NCBI GenBank assembly: GCA_003246265.1
Contig: QKAU01000051.1
Coordinates: 5,288-69,287 of the forward strand
Origin: Kiritimatiellales bacterium
Lineage (GTDB): Bacteria > Verrucomicrobiota > Kiritimatiellia > Kiritimatiellales > Pontiellaceae
Length of the DNA: 64,000 nt
Reading direction: 5' to 3'
Shown: in pieces, positions 45,174 through 53,759 of the stretch
Position numbering within the stretch: the first letter of the stretch is position 1
Layout: every line of letters begins with the position of its first letter
The notes under the pieces: generated by a model
What the model was told of the DNA's origin: nothing
Database searches by the model: none
Seen by the model: the letters and a program-made list of their open reading frames with translations, nothing else
Translations under genes and position numbers: made by a program

Positions 45174-46039
45174 TCACGCGCTTCGCACCCAGCCTGACCG
45201 GCTACCTGCACCTGGGCCATGCGCTTCACATGCTCCAGGTGTGGGGAATCGCCCGCGCAAGGGGGGCGAGGGTCCTCTGCCGCATCGAAGACCATGACCT
45301 CGCCCGCCGCCGGCCGGTGTACGAAACGGCCATCCTTTCCACCATGGAGTGGCTCGGCTTTGTTCCCGACGAGGGCATGACGGCATCCAGTCCCGATGGC
45401 GCATCGGATTATCGTCAAAGCGACTGTGGCCAGCACTATGCGTCTGCACTGCGGCTGCTGGAGGAAAAGGGCCTGGTCTACGGGTGCGCCTGTTCGAGGA
45501 GGCAGATTCTCGACGAGCAGGCGGGCGGGGAGGGGGAGCTGTGCTATGCCGGCACCTGCTCCCGGAAAGGACTCCCGCTGCAGGGCCATGCCGTCCGGTT
45601 CCGCCTGCCCGGCCGGGAGGTGGCGTTCAGCGACCTCCGGCTGGGCGAATGCCGCCAGGTTCCAAGGCTCCAGTGCGGCGACTTTCCACTGCGCGACCGC
45701 CACGGGCAGTGGACCTACCAGTTCGCTTGCGTCTGCGACGATATCCGGCATGGCGTCGACCTGGTGGTCCGCGGCGAGGACATCCTGCCGAGCACCGGGC
45801 GCCAGATCCTGTTGCTGGAGGCGCTGGGATATCCGCCGCCCGCCTACTTCCACCACCCGCTCATTCTCGGCGCAAACGGAGAAAAACTCAGCAAGCGCCA
45901 GCGTTCCGAGAGCCTCTCCTCCCTGCGCGAAAAGGGCGTTTCCGCCGCGGAGGTCCTGGGCCGCGCGGCGCATGCGGGCGGTCTGCTGGATGCATATCGG
46001 CCCCTGGCACTGGAGGACGCGCTGGCGCTCGCCGGATAA
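45170..46039 (+). CDS. gluQ: Glutamyl-Q tRNA(Asp) synthetase (truncated GluRS paralogue)
   Basis: RFAPSLTGYLHLGHAL (HIGH-type) and GEKLSKRQ (KMSKS-type). It is 289 aa with no anticodon-binding domain. ATG 45170 overlaps the trpF stop (ATGA). Confidence 0.85.
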   Translation: MITRFAPSLTGYLHLGHALHMLQVWGIARARGARVLCRIEDHDLARRRPVYETAILSTMEWLGFVPDEGMTASSPDGASDYRQSDCGQHYASALRLLEEKGLVYGCACSRRQILDEQAGGEGELCYAGTCSRKGLPLQGHAVRFRLPGREVAFSDLRLGECRQVPRLQCGDFPLRDRHGQWTYQFACVCDDIRHGVDLVVRGEDILPSTGRQILLLEALGYPPPAYFHHPLILGANGEKLSKRQRSESLSSLREKGVSAAEVLGRAAHAGGLLDAYRPLALEDALALAG

Positions 46040-46099
46040 AATGGCCTTGAATTGGCCCCGCAAGCCGGGGATGATCCGCCCTTTGCCGAGGATTTTGCG

Positions 46100-47302
46100 A
46101 TGAAACCGACCCAACCCGATGCCCAAGGCCATTTTGGCGACTACGGCGGCATGTTCGTGCCCGAAACGCTCATGGAGCCGCTCAACGAACTTGCGCGCGT
46201 CTACAAGGCGGCGCGGAAGGATCCGGCATTCCGGGAGGAGCTGCAGTACTACCTGCGCGAATACGTCGGACGCCCGACCCCCCTCTATTTCGCCGAGCGG
46301 ATGACCCGGCATCTTGGCACGGCCAGGATCTACCTGAAGCGCGAAGACCTCTGCCATACCGGCGCGCACAAGATCAACAACTCCATGGGCCAGATCCTGC
46401 TCGCCAAACGCATGGGCAAACGGCGCATCATCGCCGAAACCGGCGCGGGGCAGCACGGCGTGGCCACGGCCACCGTCTGCGCCATGTTCGGCATGGAGTG
46501 CGTCATCTACATGGGCAAGGTCGACATGGAGCGCCAGGCGCTCAACGTCTTCCGCATGGAAAGCCTCGGCGCCACGGTGGTGCCGGTGACCGTCGGCCAG
46601 CAGACCCTGAAGGAGGCGGTGAACGAGGCGATGCGCGACTGGGTGACCCACATCCGCACCACCCACTACATCCTCGGTTCCGCCCTCGGCTCCCATCCCT
46701 ATCCCTTGATGGTGCGCGATTTCCAGAGCGTCATCGGGCGCGAGGCGCGCAAGCAGATCCTCAAGGCGGAAGGGCGGCTGCCCACGGCGCTCATCGCCTG
46801 CGTCGGCGGCGGCAGCAATTCGATCGGCCTGTTCCACCCCTTCATCCAGGACGAAGGCGTCCGCATGATCGGCGTCGAGGCTGGCGGCTTCGGCATCGAG
46901 GGCGGCATGCACGCCGCGCGCTTTGCCCAGGACCGGATCGGCATCCTGCAGGGAACCAGGACCTATGTATTGCAGGACGACGACGGCCAGATCGCCCTGA
47001 CCCACTCCATCAGCGCCGGACTCGACTATGCCGCCGTCGGTCCCGAACACAGCCTGCTGCGCGACCTCGGGCGGGCGGAATACTCCTACGTCACCGACGA
47101 GGAGGCCGTCGACGGCTTCGACAAGCTCTCGCAATGGGAAGGTATCCTGCCCGCCCTCGAAAGTTCCCACGCCATCGCCTGGACCATCAAGAACGCTGCA
47201 CAATTCTCGGGAAGCGACCTGCTCATCGTCAACGTCTCCGGCCGTGGCGACAAGGACGTCATGCAGCTGGCAGAGTGGAAGCGCCAGCGCGGCTCCAAGT
47301 AG
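46100..47302 (+). CDS. trpB: Tryptophan synthase beta chain
   Basis: [31 protein letters not shown] (PLP Lys), [10 protein letters not shown] and GGGSNSIG. Confidence 0.95.
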   Translation: MKPTQPDAQGHFGDYGGMFVPETLMEPLNELARVYKAARKDPAFREELQYYLREYVGRPTPLYFAERMTRHLGTARIYLKREDLCHTGAHKINNSMGQILLAKRMGKRRIIAETGAGQHGVATATVCAMFGMECVIYMGKVDMERQALNVFRMESLGATVVPVTVGQQTLKEAVNEAMRDWVTHIRTTHYILGSALGSHPYPLMVRDFQSVIGREARKQILKAEGRLPTALIACVGGGSNSIGLFHPFIQDEGVRMIGVEAGGFGIEGGMHAARFAQDRIGILQGTRTYVLQDDDGQIALTHSISAGLDYAAVGPEHSLLRDLGRAEYSYVTDEEAVDGFDKLSQWEGILPALESSHAIAWTIKNAAQFSGSDLLIVNVSGRGDKDVMQLAEWKRQRGSK

Positions 47303-47404
47303 GGTCCAGCCCAGGTCGCCGCCGGAAAACGGGGAATTGGGTTCCTATTTAAAGGGAATCGGCTACAATCTCCGGGCGTTGGAATGCGTTTTTGCGGATG
47401 CTGC

Positions 47405-47575
47405 ATGAAGGAACCGAAGTCCATCCAACCGTGCGTGCGCAAGCGGGGCCAGGTCATGCTGGAATACGTGGTGACCCTGGGGATCTTCCTTGCGCTGCTC
47501 GGGGTGTGCGCCCTGCTGCTGTCGGCTTTCAAGACCTACGGCGGAAGGGTACTTAGCCTGATGGCCTCTTCCTAG
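47405..47575 (+). CDS. Flp/Fap-type pilin-like small protein (candidate)
   Basis: MKEPKSIQPCVRKRG|QVMLEYVVTLGIFLALLGVCALLL. The G/xxxxEY prepilin motif is followed by a hydrophobic helix. The start is ATG 47405 or 47384. Confidence 0.5.
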   Translation: MKEPKSIQPCVRKRGQVMLEYVVTLGIFLALLGVCALLLSAFKTYGGRVLSLMASS

Positions 47576-47592
47576 ATTGCTGCATTGGAACA

Positions 47593-47607
47593 GGATGCGT
47601 CGCATCC
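47593..47607. promoter_or_regulatory. Perfect palindrome GGATGCG-T-CGCATCC between the two pilin genes
   Basis: It lies 18 nt after the first pilin stop and 8 nt before the AAGGAGAGG RBS of the second. It could be a small hairpin or a protein site. Confidence 0.25.
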
Positions 47608-47621
47608 AAGGAGAGGTACCC

Positions 47622-47846
47622 ATGAAGAGACGGTTCAAGTGGAAAGCGGGACAGGCCATGGTCGAGTACATCATCATCGTAGCGGTGGTGGCCATTGCCG
47701 CGCTGGTGATTTTCGGCATCTTTGGCGATACGATCCAGGAAAAGCTGGGCGGGGCGGTCAAGGAGCTCGATAGCGGAACGCAGGCTGACCGGGTCGAGGT
47801 GCAGGATTCCAAGGATTTCCTGAAGAACCTCGACACCGACAACTAG
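47622..47846 (+). CDS. flp: Flp/Fap-family pilin
   Basis: MKRRFKWKAG|QAMVEYIIIVAVVAIAALVIFGIFG has the Flp G/xxxxEY motif and hydrophobic core. 74 aa. Strong RBS AAGGAGAGG. Confidence 0.7.
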   Translation: MKRRFKWKAGQAMVEYIIIVAVVAIAALVIFGIFGDTIQEKLGGAVKELDSGTQADRVEVQDSKDFLKNLDTDN

Positions 47847-47856
47847 GGCAGCGCCC

Positions 47857-48570
47857 GTGCGCAGGCATCCGGAGAGCAGGGCGGGATCCGCCATGGTAGA
47901 GTCATGCCTCGTGCTGGGCATGCTCTGCCTGATCCTTTTCGGCATCCTGCAGGTCTCCTATCTGGTGGCCGCCCGCGATGTGGTCACCTACTCGGCCATG
48001 GCCGCGGGACGCTCCGCCCAAGTGGGATTCAACGATACCATGGTCGAGCGGGTGGTCCGCGTCGTGGGGATTCCTGCCGCGGGCCCCATCATCACGCCCC
48101 GCCAGGGTTCGGGGAGTGGTCGTCCCCTGGATAGCGGTGGCACGGAGTGGGACCGCGCCGTGGCCCGGAGCCCGGGGTCGTGGCAATACTGGGACGAACG
48201 GGCGCTCATCCCCCTCTATCTCGGGGCGGCCGAAAACGATAACCCGGACGCCATCCTCGACTACGACAACTGGCAGGAGATGGAGACCCGCATCGGGGCC
48301 GATGCCGTAAGCGATGCGGAGGCGACCGACGAGCTTCTCGAAATCGGCGTGCGGCAGGGGGTTCCGCTGGTCCTGCCCTTCTCGGGGTTCTTCGGCCGCC
48401 TGCTGCCCGGCCTCGACCGGATCCAAGTCTACCGCAGCGACACGCGCGGGCTCGCCGAGAACGCCTGGGATTCGGCCGAGCGGCCGGGCCGGTTCGAGGT
48501 GCCGGCCATGCCGATGGAGGAGAGCGTCCGCCTCGAAAACCACGCGGCCTACTACATGGAGCGGCCCTAG
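47857..48570 (+). CDS. TadE-like pseudopilin
   Basis: The leader and motif MRRHPESRAG|SAMVESCLVLGMLCLILFGILQ are the TadE N-terminal type. GTG start at 47857. Confidence 0.6.
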   Translation: MRRHPESRAGSAMVESCLVLGMLCLILFGILQVSYLVAARDVVTYSAMAAGRSAQVGFNDTMVERVVRVVGIPAAGPIITPRQGSGSGRPLDSGGTEWDRAVARSPGSWQYWDERALIPLYLGAAENDNPDAILDYDNWQEMETRIGADAVSDAEATDELLEIGVRQGVPLVLPFSGFFGRLLPGLDRIQVYRSDTRGLAENAWDSAERPGRFEVPAMPMEESVRLENHAAYYMERP

Positions 48571-48572
48571 CC

Positions 48573-50069
48573 ATGAAACCGCCCCCCAAAGCGGCCGACC
48601 GGTCGGGCCAGGCGATCATTCTGCTCCTGGTGGTCATGGTGGTGGCGCTCCTCGCGGTGCTTTGGAACTACGATCTCCACGCCATCGTCTCGAGCAAGGT
48701 CCGCGTGGGCAACGCGGGCGACGCGGCGGCGCTGGCGGCCGCCCGCTGGCAGGGCATCACCATGAACATGGTCGGGGAGCTCAACCTCGTCCAGGCCGCC
48801 ATGATCCTCGAGAACCCCGGCGCGGGCATCGACGAAGTGTCGGAGCTGCGGGACCGGATTGCGCTGACGGGCCCGCTCATGGGCTACCTGGCCGCGCAGT
48901 CGGCCGCCTATCTCAACCTCAGCGCCAGCGACGAGCGCAGGATCAGCTCCTACTACGGCTCCCGGCTCGCCCAGCGGGCCACGCTCTACATGACGCAGGG
49001 CGGGGCCGTGCCGGAACCCTACGAGGGGGCCTGGCTCGACTACGGCACGCTGCTGATGGACATCGCCGATGCAGGCATGGTCGTCGAATGCGCCAACCCG
49101 AAGTGGTTCCTCTTCTACGACGGCAGCCACATCCTGTTGGACGCCTCGTTCTACAATGCTGTCGCCGCCCGCTACTGGTGCTGGTTCGAGCTGCGAGGCC
49201 AGGGCCCCTTGCTGGACGGCTACGACGGCTACACCTTCTGGGGGCCGCTGCCGTCCTTCTCCCAGCGCCCTTCGGTCAACAGCGAATTCTTCGGAACCGA
49301 TCTGGAACGGCTGGAGAGCTCGCTGGATGTGGAGCTGGCCAACTGGTCGACCTCCGGCAGCAACGCGGAAACCACCATCAGCCTCTGGAACACCCTCTAC
49401 GAGGATGCCGTCCAGAACAAGAACATCGGACGCTTCACGGCCGAGATCAACGCTCCCTTCCTTTTCACCGGAACCTACCAGTGGCATTTCTACGAGGCGC
49501 AGTCGTGGCGCATGGACAATCCATGGCCCACCTACGACGACGACTTCCCCTTCCGCGAAGGATGGAGCGTCCGCCCCGAGTTCAACTACAAGGGCGGCGC
49601 CGACGCGGCCATCAGCACCTTCATCGAGGCCGAACACCTCACTCCGGGGATCCACATGGATGCCGACTCGATCTCCTGGAAGGCGGCGGCCAAGCCCTTC
49701 GGCTTCCTCTCGGTGACCAACGGCACCGGCAACGAAGAGGTGCGGATGCCGCAGTACTTCGGCCTCGTGCTCCCGGCCTTCCACCAGGCGCGACTGATCC
49801 CCAACGACATCTCGAGCCGGCCCGTGGGCGTCTCCGAGCCCAACTGGGACGAGCATATCTATGAACACCTTCCGCTCTACATCGCCTCGGGCATCGACGC
49901 GATCCGGGGCAGCGGCTGCTGGTACTGCCGCCAGCTCGTCCAATGGGAGGATCCGGAATTCCGTGCCGCCGGGGCCGCATGGCTCGATGCCCACAGCGGC
50001 GATTGCTACCGGTCGTCCGGCGGTGGCGGCGGAGGAGGAGGAGGGGGAGGCGCCAGTGACCGACGCTAG
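48573..50069 (+). CDS. TadG-like (Flp pilus-assembly TadE/G-like N-terminus) large pseudopilin with a Cys-rich, poly-Gly C-terminus
   Basis: RSGQAIILLLVVMVVALLAVLWNYDLHAIVSSKVRVGNAGDAAALAAARW is a TadG-type N-terminus. The C-terminus is GSGCWYCRQL...HSGDCYRSSG(G)11ASDRR. Confidence 0.65.
   Translation: MKPPPKAADRSGQAIILLLVVMVVALLAVLWNYDLHAIVSSKVRVGNAGDAAALAAARWQGITMNMVGELNLVQAAMILENPGAGIDEVSELRDRIALTGPLMGYLAAQSAAYLNLSASDERRISSYYGSRLAQRATLYMTQGGAVPEPYEGAWLDYGTLLMDIADAGMVVECANPKWFLFYDGSHILLDASFYNAVAARYWCWFELRGQGPLLDGYDGYTFWGPLPSFSQRPSVNSEFFGTDLERLESSLDVELANWSTSGSNAETTISLWNTLYEDAVQNKNIGRFTAEINAPFLFTGTYQWHFYEAQSWRMDNPWPTYDDDFPFREGWSVRPEFNYKGGADAAISTFIEAEHLTPGIHMDADSISWKAAAKPFGFLSVTNGTGNEEVRMPQYFGLVLPAFHQARLIPNDISSRPVGVSEPNWDEHIYEHLPLYIASGIDAIRGSGCWYCRQLVQWEDPEFRAAGAAWLDAHSGDCYRSSGGGGGGGGGGGASDRR
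50019..50051 (+). repeat. Gly11 codon run (GGC GGT GGC GGC GGA GGA GGA GGA GGG GGA GGC)
   Basis: A purine-rich GGAGGAGGAGGAGGGGGAGG tract at the 3' end of the TadG-like gene. It ends 4 nt before the GTG start (50056) of the next gene, so it doubles as a Shine-Dalgarno sequence. Confidence 0.8.
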
Positions 50070-50547
50070 CTCCAGCTCTGCCCGCAGCGGCCAGGCCATG
50101 GTCGAGTTCCTGCTCGGCCTGGTGGGCATCCTGCTGATCATCCTCGCGCTCGACCTCGTCGCGCGCATCGTCTACGCCGATCTCGACAGCATGCTCGACG
50201 CCCGCTCCGACGTGGCAACCGACCTGGTCTCCGGCCTTGCCGGAACCGCGGTCTACGCCGACGACCAATCCTACTCCCCAGGCACGGCCTTCAGCGCCGA
50301 CCTGCTGGCCGCACTGCGCTACCAGGAGCTGGAACGCACGCTGGAGGACTATCCGCCGGCTCCGGGCCATGCGAACGGATTCGACGTGGTGGCCGCAGGC
50401 GATCCGCTGTCGCAGATTATCGGCGAACACCCGCCGGCGCAGAACCTGCCGGTCGGATCGACGTTGTTTTCCCGCATCCTGGGCAAGGACCATGTCCAGA
50501 TCGACAATGCCGTATGGATGCCCCCCATGGACGACCTGATGGAATGA
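50056..50547 (+). CDS. TadE-like pseudopilin (second copy)
   Basis: (V)TDASSSSARSG|QAMVEFLLGLVGILLIILALDLV. GTG 50056 overlaps the upstream gene by 14 nt. Confidence 0.6.
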   Translation: MTDASSSSARSGQAMVEFLLGLVGILLIILALDLVARIVYADLDSMLDARSDVATDLVSGLAGTAVYADDQSYSPGTAFSADLLAALRYQELERTLEDYPPAPGHANGFDVVAAGDPLSQIIGEHPPAQNLPVGSTLFSRILGKDHVQIDNAVWMPPMDDLME

Positions 50548-51269
50548 AGCGCTTCGTTTCCAACCTGAAGCATGGCCGCTGGCCGGCCGGGGCGATGCTG
50601 GTCGCGGTCGCCGCGCTGGTGCTTCCCGCATCGGCGCGGGTCTTCCGGCTGCTGGGACCGGAGCGCATACCGGAATTGAACAACGGGCTCCATGCGTGGG
50701 AGAATGCCTGCCAGACCGCCATGACCGTGAACGGCAGGCCGGCGGTCATGCGCCTCTATTCGGTGCGCTGGAGCGAGCCGGTGCTGGAGCAGTTGAAGGG
50801 CCGCTTCGAGGCACTGGGGGCCCAGGTAGGCCTGGCGACGGCGCGCGACGGCGCTGTCGGGATCGCCGTCTGGCCCGACCGCGAGGCGCGGTTCCTCGTC
50901 CTCTCCCCGCCGTCGCAGCCCCGGCACCTGGTCTTCGTCTTCTACCCCGAACCGGGCGCCGCGGCGCAGCCGGTGGAGTTCCCCGTGCCGCAATACGACC
51001 GCGCCCGGATCGACTTCACCGCATCGGACGAGGGGATCTTCCTGGCCACGCTCGAAACGCCCGACCGCGCCGCCGACGTGCACGCCTTCTATGCCGCGCG
51101 CCTGGCGGCCGAGGGCTGGGAGCCCGTCGCGCCGGCCCGGCTGGCCAACGGCGCGGCCGGAGGCCTGGCGGCCTACCGGAAACGCAACCGCGTCTGCTTC
51201 GTCCAGGCCGCGGAGCGGCCGGGCGGGTCGGGCTGGATAACATTGCTTGTTAAGAATGGAGCGCTCTGA
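50544..51269 (+). CDS. Hypothetical secreted protein inside the Tad-like operon
   Basis: Signal-like AMLVAVAALVLPASA. ATGA-coupled to the upstream gene. No family recognised. Confidence 0.55.
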   Translation: MKRFVSNLKHGRWPAGAMLVAVAALVLPASARVFRLLGPERIPELNNGLHAWENACQTAMTVNGRPAVMRLYSVRWSEPVLEQLKGRFEALGAQVGLATARDGAVGIAVWPDREARFLVLSPPSQPRHLVFVFYPEPGAAAQPVEFPVPQYDRARIDFTASDEGIFLATLETPDRAADVHAFYAARLAAEGWEPVAPARLANGAAGGLAAYRKRNRVCFVQAAERPGGSGWITLLVKNGAL

Positions 51270-51296
51270 TAGCCTCCCCAATCTGGAGACAATGGA

Positions 51297-52088
51297 ATGA
51301 AAAACAAACTGGTCCTGCTGATCGCCGTCATGGTCGGCATCATCGCCTTCTGGCTGAGCGCCCGCTACCTCGACCGGGAGCGCGACAAGCTCTACGCCGG
51401 CGCCGAAAAAATACAGGTCATCGCCGCCGCGCGCGACCTGCCCGCCATGACCGTGCTGGAGACCGACGACCTCGGGGTGAAGACGGTCTACAAGAGCGCC
51501 GTCGGCGAGAACGTCTTCCTCCCCGGAGACCTGCAGCGCATCAAGGGCAAGCGGCTGAACTATCTGGTCAAGAAGGGATCGCCCGTCATGTGGTCGCAGG
51601 TCGACATGCCGCGCGAGGTCGCTTCGGGGCTTGCGCCGGTGATCAAGACGCGCAACCGCGCCGTATCGATCTCCATCTCCGGCGCCCCGGCGGTCAGCGG
51701 CCTCGTGAAGCCCAACGACCATGTCGACATCCTCGGGACCTTCACCTTTCCCTCGCGCATGAATCCCCAGCAGGTCGAGTCGGTGACGCTGACGCTGATG
51801 CAGAACGTGACCGTGCTGGCGACCGGCCTCAACATCGCCGGGCAGGAGAGCGAAGGGGCGCGCCAGCAGCAGGGCTACAGCACCGTCACCTTCGAGGTGT
51901 CGCCGCGCGAGGCCGAGCTGCTGGTCTTCGCCCAGCAGACCCGCGGCCAGCTCTACCTCTCGCTGCGCAACCCGAACGACATCTACTACGAGACCGAGCT
52001 GCCCTCGGTCAACTTCGACTACATCGAGACGGTGCTCAAGCAGCTCAACGAGCAGCGACAGCAGGAGATCCTCCGCCTCGCACCCTGA
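51297..52088 (+). CDS. cpaB: Flp pilus assembly protein CpaB/RcpC (SAF domain)
   Basis: N-terminal anchor KLVLLIAVMVGIIAFWL, SAF-like VIAAARDLPAMTVLETDDL, and a C-terminal RcpC-type beta domain (VSISISGAPAVSGLVKPNDHVDILGT...VTFEVSPREAELLVFA). Confidence 0.8.
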   Translation: MKNKLVLLIAVMVGIIAFWLSARYLDRERDKLYAGAEKIQVIAAARDLPAMTVLETDDLGVKTVYKSAVGENVFLPGDLQRIKGKRLNYLVKKGSPVMWSQVDMPREVASGLAPVIKTRNRAVSISISGAPAVSGLVKPNDHVDILGTFTFPSRMNPQQVESVTLTLMQNVTVLATGLNIAGQESEGARQQQGYSTVTFEVSPREAELLVFAQQTRGQLYLSLRNPNDIYYETELPSVNFDYIETVLKQLNEQRQQEILRLAP

Positions 52089-52100
52089 TTGGAACCCGGC

Positions 52101-53756
52101 ATGCCGCACATCGAGATCAGCCATCCCCGCCGCGACCCGCAGACCCTGGAGGCCCCGTGCGGCGTCTTCATGATCGGGTCCGACGCCTCCAACCGCATCG
52201 TGCTGGACGATGGCAGCGTCGAGGAGGCGCATGCGGTGCTGACCCTGATGGAGGATGAGTCCTACATCGAGGATCTCATGGGCGCGGGCGTGTTCGTCGG
52301 CGGGGAACGGGTCGGCACGCGCCGGCGCGTCTTTGCCGGTACGCCCATCCAGGTCGGGAACTACACGCTGTCGTTCGGGATTCCCGCGCAGGTCGCCGCC
52401 CCTTCCGACCCGCCGCCATCGCCCGAGGTATTCCGCCCCCGGCCGGCCAGCCGGAGCGCCACCGCCAGCCAGGTCGTGAAGCAGCAGATCCACGCCGAGC
52501 TGGTGCAGCGCCTCGACCTCAAGCGGCTCAGCATGAGCAAGCTCCAGGAGAACGAGCTGCAGGACAAGATCCGGCGGACACTTTCCGAAATCATCGCCGA
52601 AATCCGCGCGCGGCTCCCCGCCGGCATCGAGCCGGGACGGCTCGCCAAGGATATCTTCGACGAAGCCGTGGGGCTGGGGCCGCTCGAAGACCTGCTGGCC
52701 GACGATAGCGTCACCGAAATCATGGTCAACGGCCCCGGCCAGATCTATGTCGAGCGCGCCGGCAAGCTGGAGCTGACCGACCGCAACTTCATCAACGACG
52801 CCTCGGTCCACGCGGTGATCGACCGCATCGTTTCGCCCATCGGCCGGCGCATCGACGAAAGCCAGCCCTACGTCGACGCCCGCCTCGCGGATGGGTCGCG
52901 CGTCAACGCCATCATCCATCCGCTCTCGCTCGTGGGGCCGTGCATCACGATCCGCAAGTTCTCCAAGGAGCCGTTCCGGGTCCAGGACCTGGTCGGCTTC
53001 GGCACGCTGACCGCCGAGGTCGCCGACTTCCTGCGGGCCTGCGTGGTGCTGCGCAAGAACATCATCGTCTCCGGGGGCACGGGCAGCGGCAAGACGACGC
53101 TGCTCAACGTGCTCTCGAGCTACCTGCCGCAGACCGAGCGGATCCTGACCATCGAGGATGCGGCCGAGCTGCGCCTCACCCAGCGCCACATCGTCCGCCT
53201 GGAAGCCCGCCCCGCGAACATCGAGGGGCGCGGGGCGGTGACGATCCGCGACCTGGTGCGCAACGCCTTGCGCATGCGCCCCGACCGGATCGTGGTCGGC
53301 GAGTGCCGGGGCGCCGAGGCGCTCGACATGCTCCAGGCCATGAACACCGGACACGAGGGGTCGCTGACCACCATCCACGCCAACTCGCCGCGCGACACCC
53401 TTGCCCGCCTCGAAACGATGGTGCTGATGGCTGGCATGGACCTGCCGGTGCGCGCCATCCGCGAGCAGGTTGGGTCGGCCGTCCACCTCATCTGCCAAAT
53501 CTCCCGCTTTACCGACGGCTCCCGCAAGGTGGCCAAGATTACCGAGGTGTCGGGTCTCGAGGGCGACCGCATCACGCTCCAGGACCTCTTCGAATTCGTG
53601 CAGACCGGGGTGGGGCCCGACGGCAAGGTGCTCGGCGAAATCCGGCCGACCGGCGCGGTGCCCACCTTCATCGAGGAGATTGCCGTGCGAGGCATCGAGT
53701 TCGACCGCTCGATCTTCGACACCTCGAAGCTCAAGAAGGGGGGATGGGGGAAATAG
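52101..53756 (+). CDS. cpaF: CpaF/TadA-type secretion ATPase with an N-terminal FHA-like domain
   Basis: N-terminal roughly 95 aa: FMIGSDASNRIVLDDGSVEEAHAVL...IEDLMGAGVFVGGERV...IQVGNYTLSF. ATPase: Walker A SGGTGSGKTT, ILTIEDAAEL, VGECRG.EA and GHEGSLTTIHANS. Confidence 0.9.
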   Translation: MPHIEISHPRRDPQTLEAPCGVFMIGSDASNRIVLDDGSVEEAHAVLTLMEDESYIEDLMGAGVFVGGERVGTRRRVFAGTPIQVGNYTLSFGIPAQVAAPSDPPPSPEVFRPRPASRSATASQVVKQQIHAELVQRLDLKRLSMSKLQENELQDKIRRTLSEIIAEIRARLPAGIEPGRLAKDIFDEAVGLGPLEDLLADDSVTEIMVNGPGQIYVERAGKLELTDRNFINDASVHAVIDRIVSPIGRRIDESQPYVDARLADGSRVNAIIHPLSLVGPCITIRKFSKEPFRVQDLVGFGTLTAEVADFLRACVVLRKNIIVSGGTGSGKTTLLNVLSSYLPQTERILTIEDAAELRLTQRHIVRLEARPANIEGRGAVTIRDLVRNALRMRPDRIVVGECRGAEALDMLQAMNTGHEGSLTTIHANSPRDTLARLETMVLMAGMDLPVRAIREQVGSAVHLICQISRFTDGSRKVAKITEVSGLEGDRITLQDLFEFVQTGVGPDGKVLGEIRPTGAVPTFIEEIAVRGIEFDRSIFDTSKLKKGGWGK

Positions 53757-53759
53757 GCC

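Noticed and set aside
44930-47203. 757-aa minus-strand ORF over trpF, gluQ and trpB. The same class includes 32732..34846, 22185..24200, 19073..21073, 29858..31288, 10373..12106 and 60291..62654.
   Set aside because: All are antisense or off-frame to genes with strong signatures. None has a plausible RBS or domain, and their composition is typical of GC-rich shadow ORFs.
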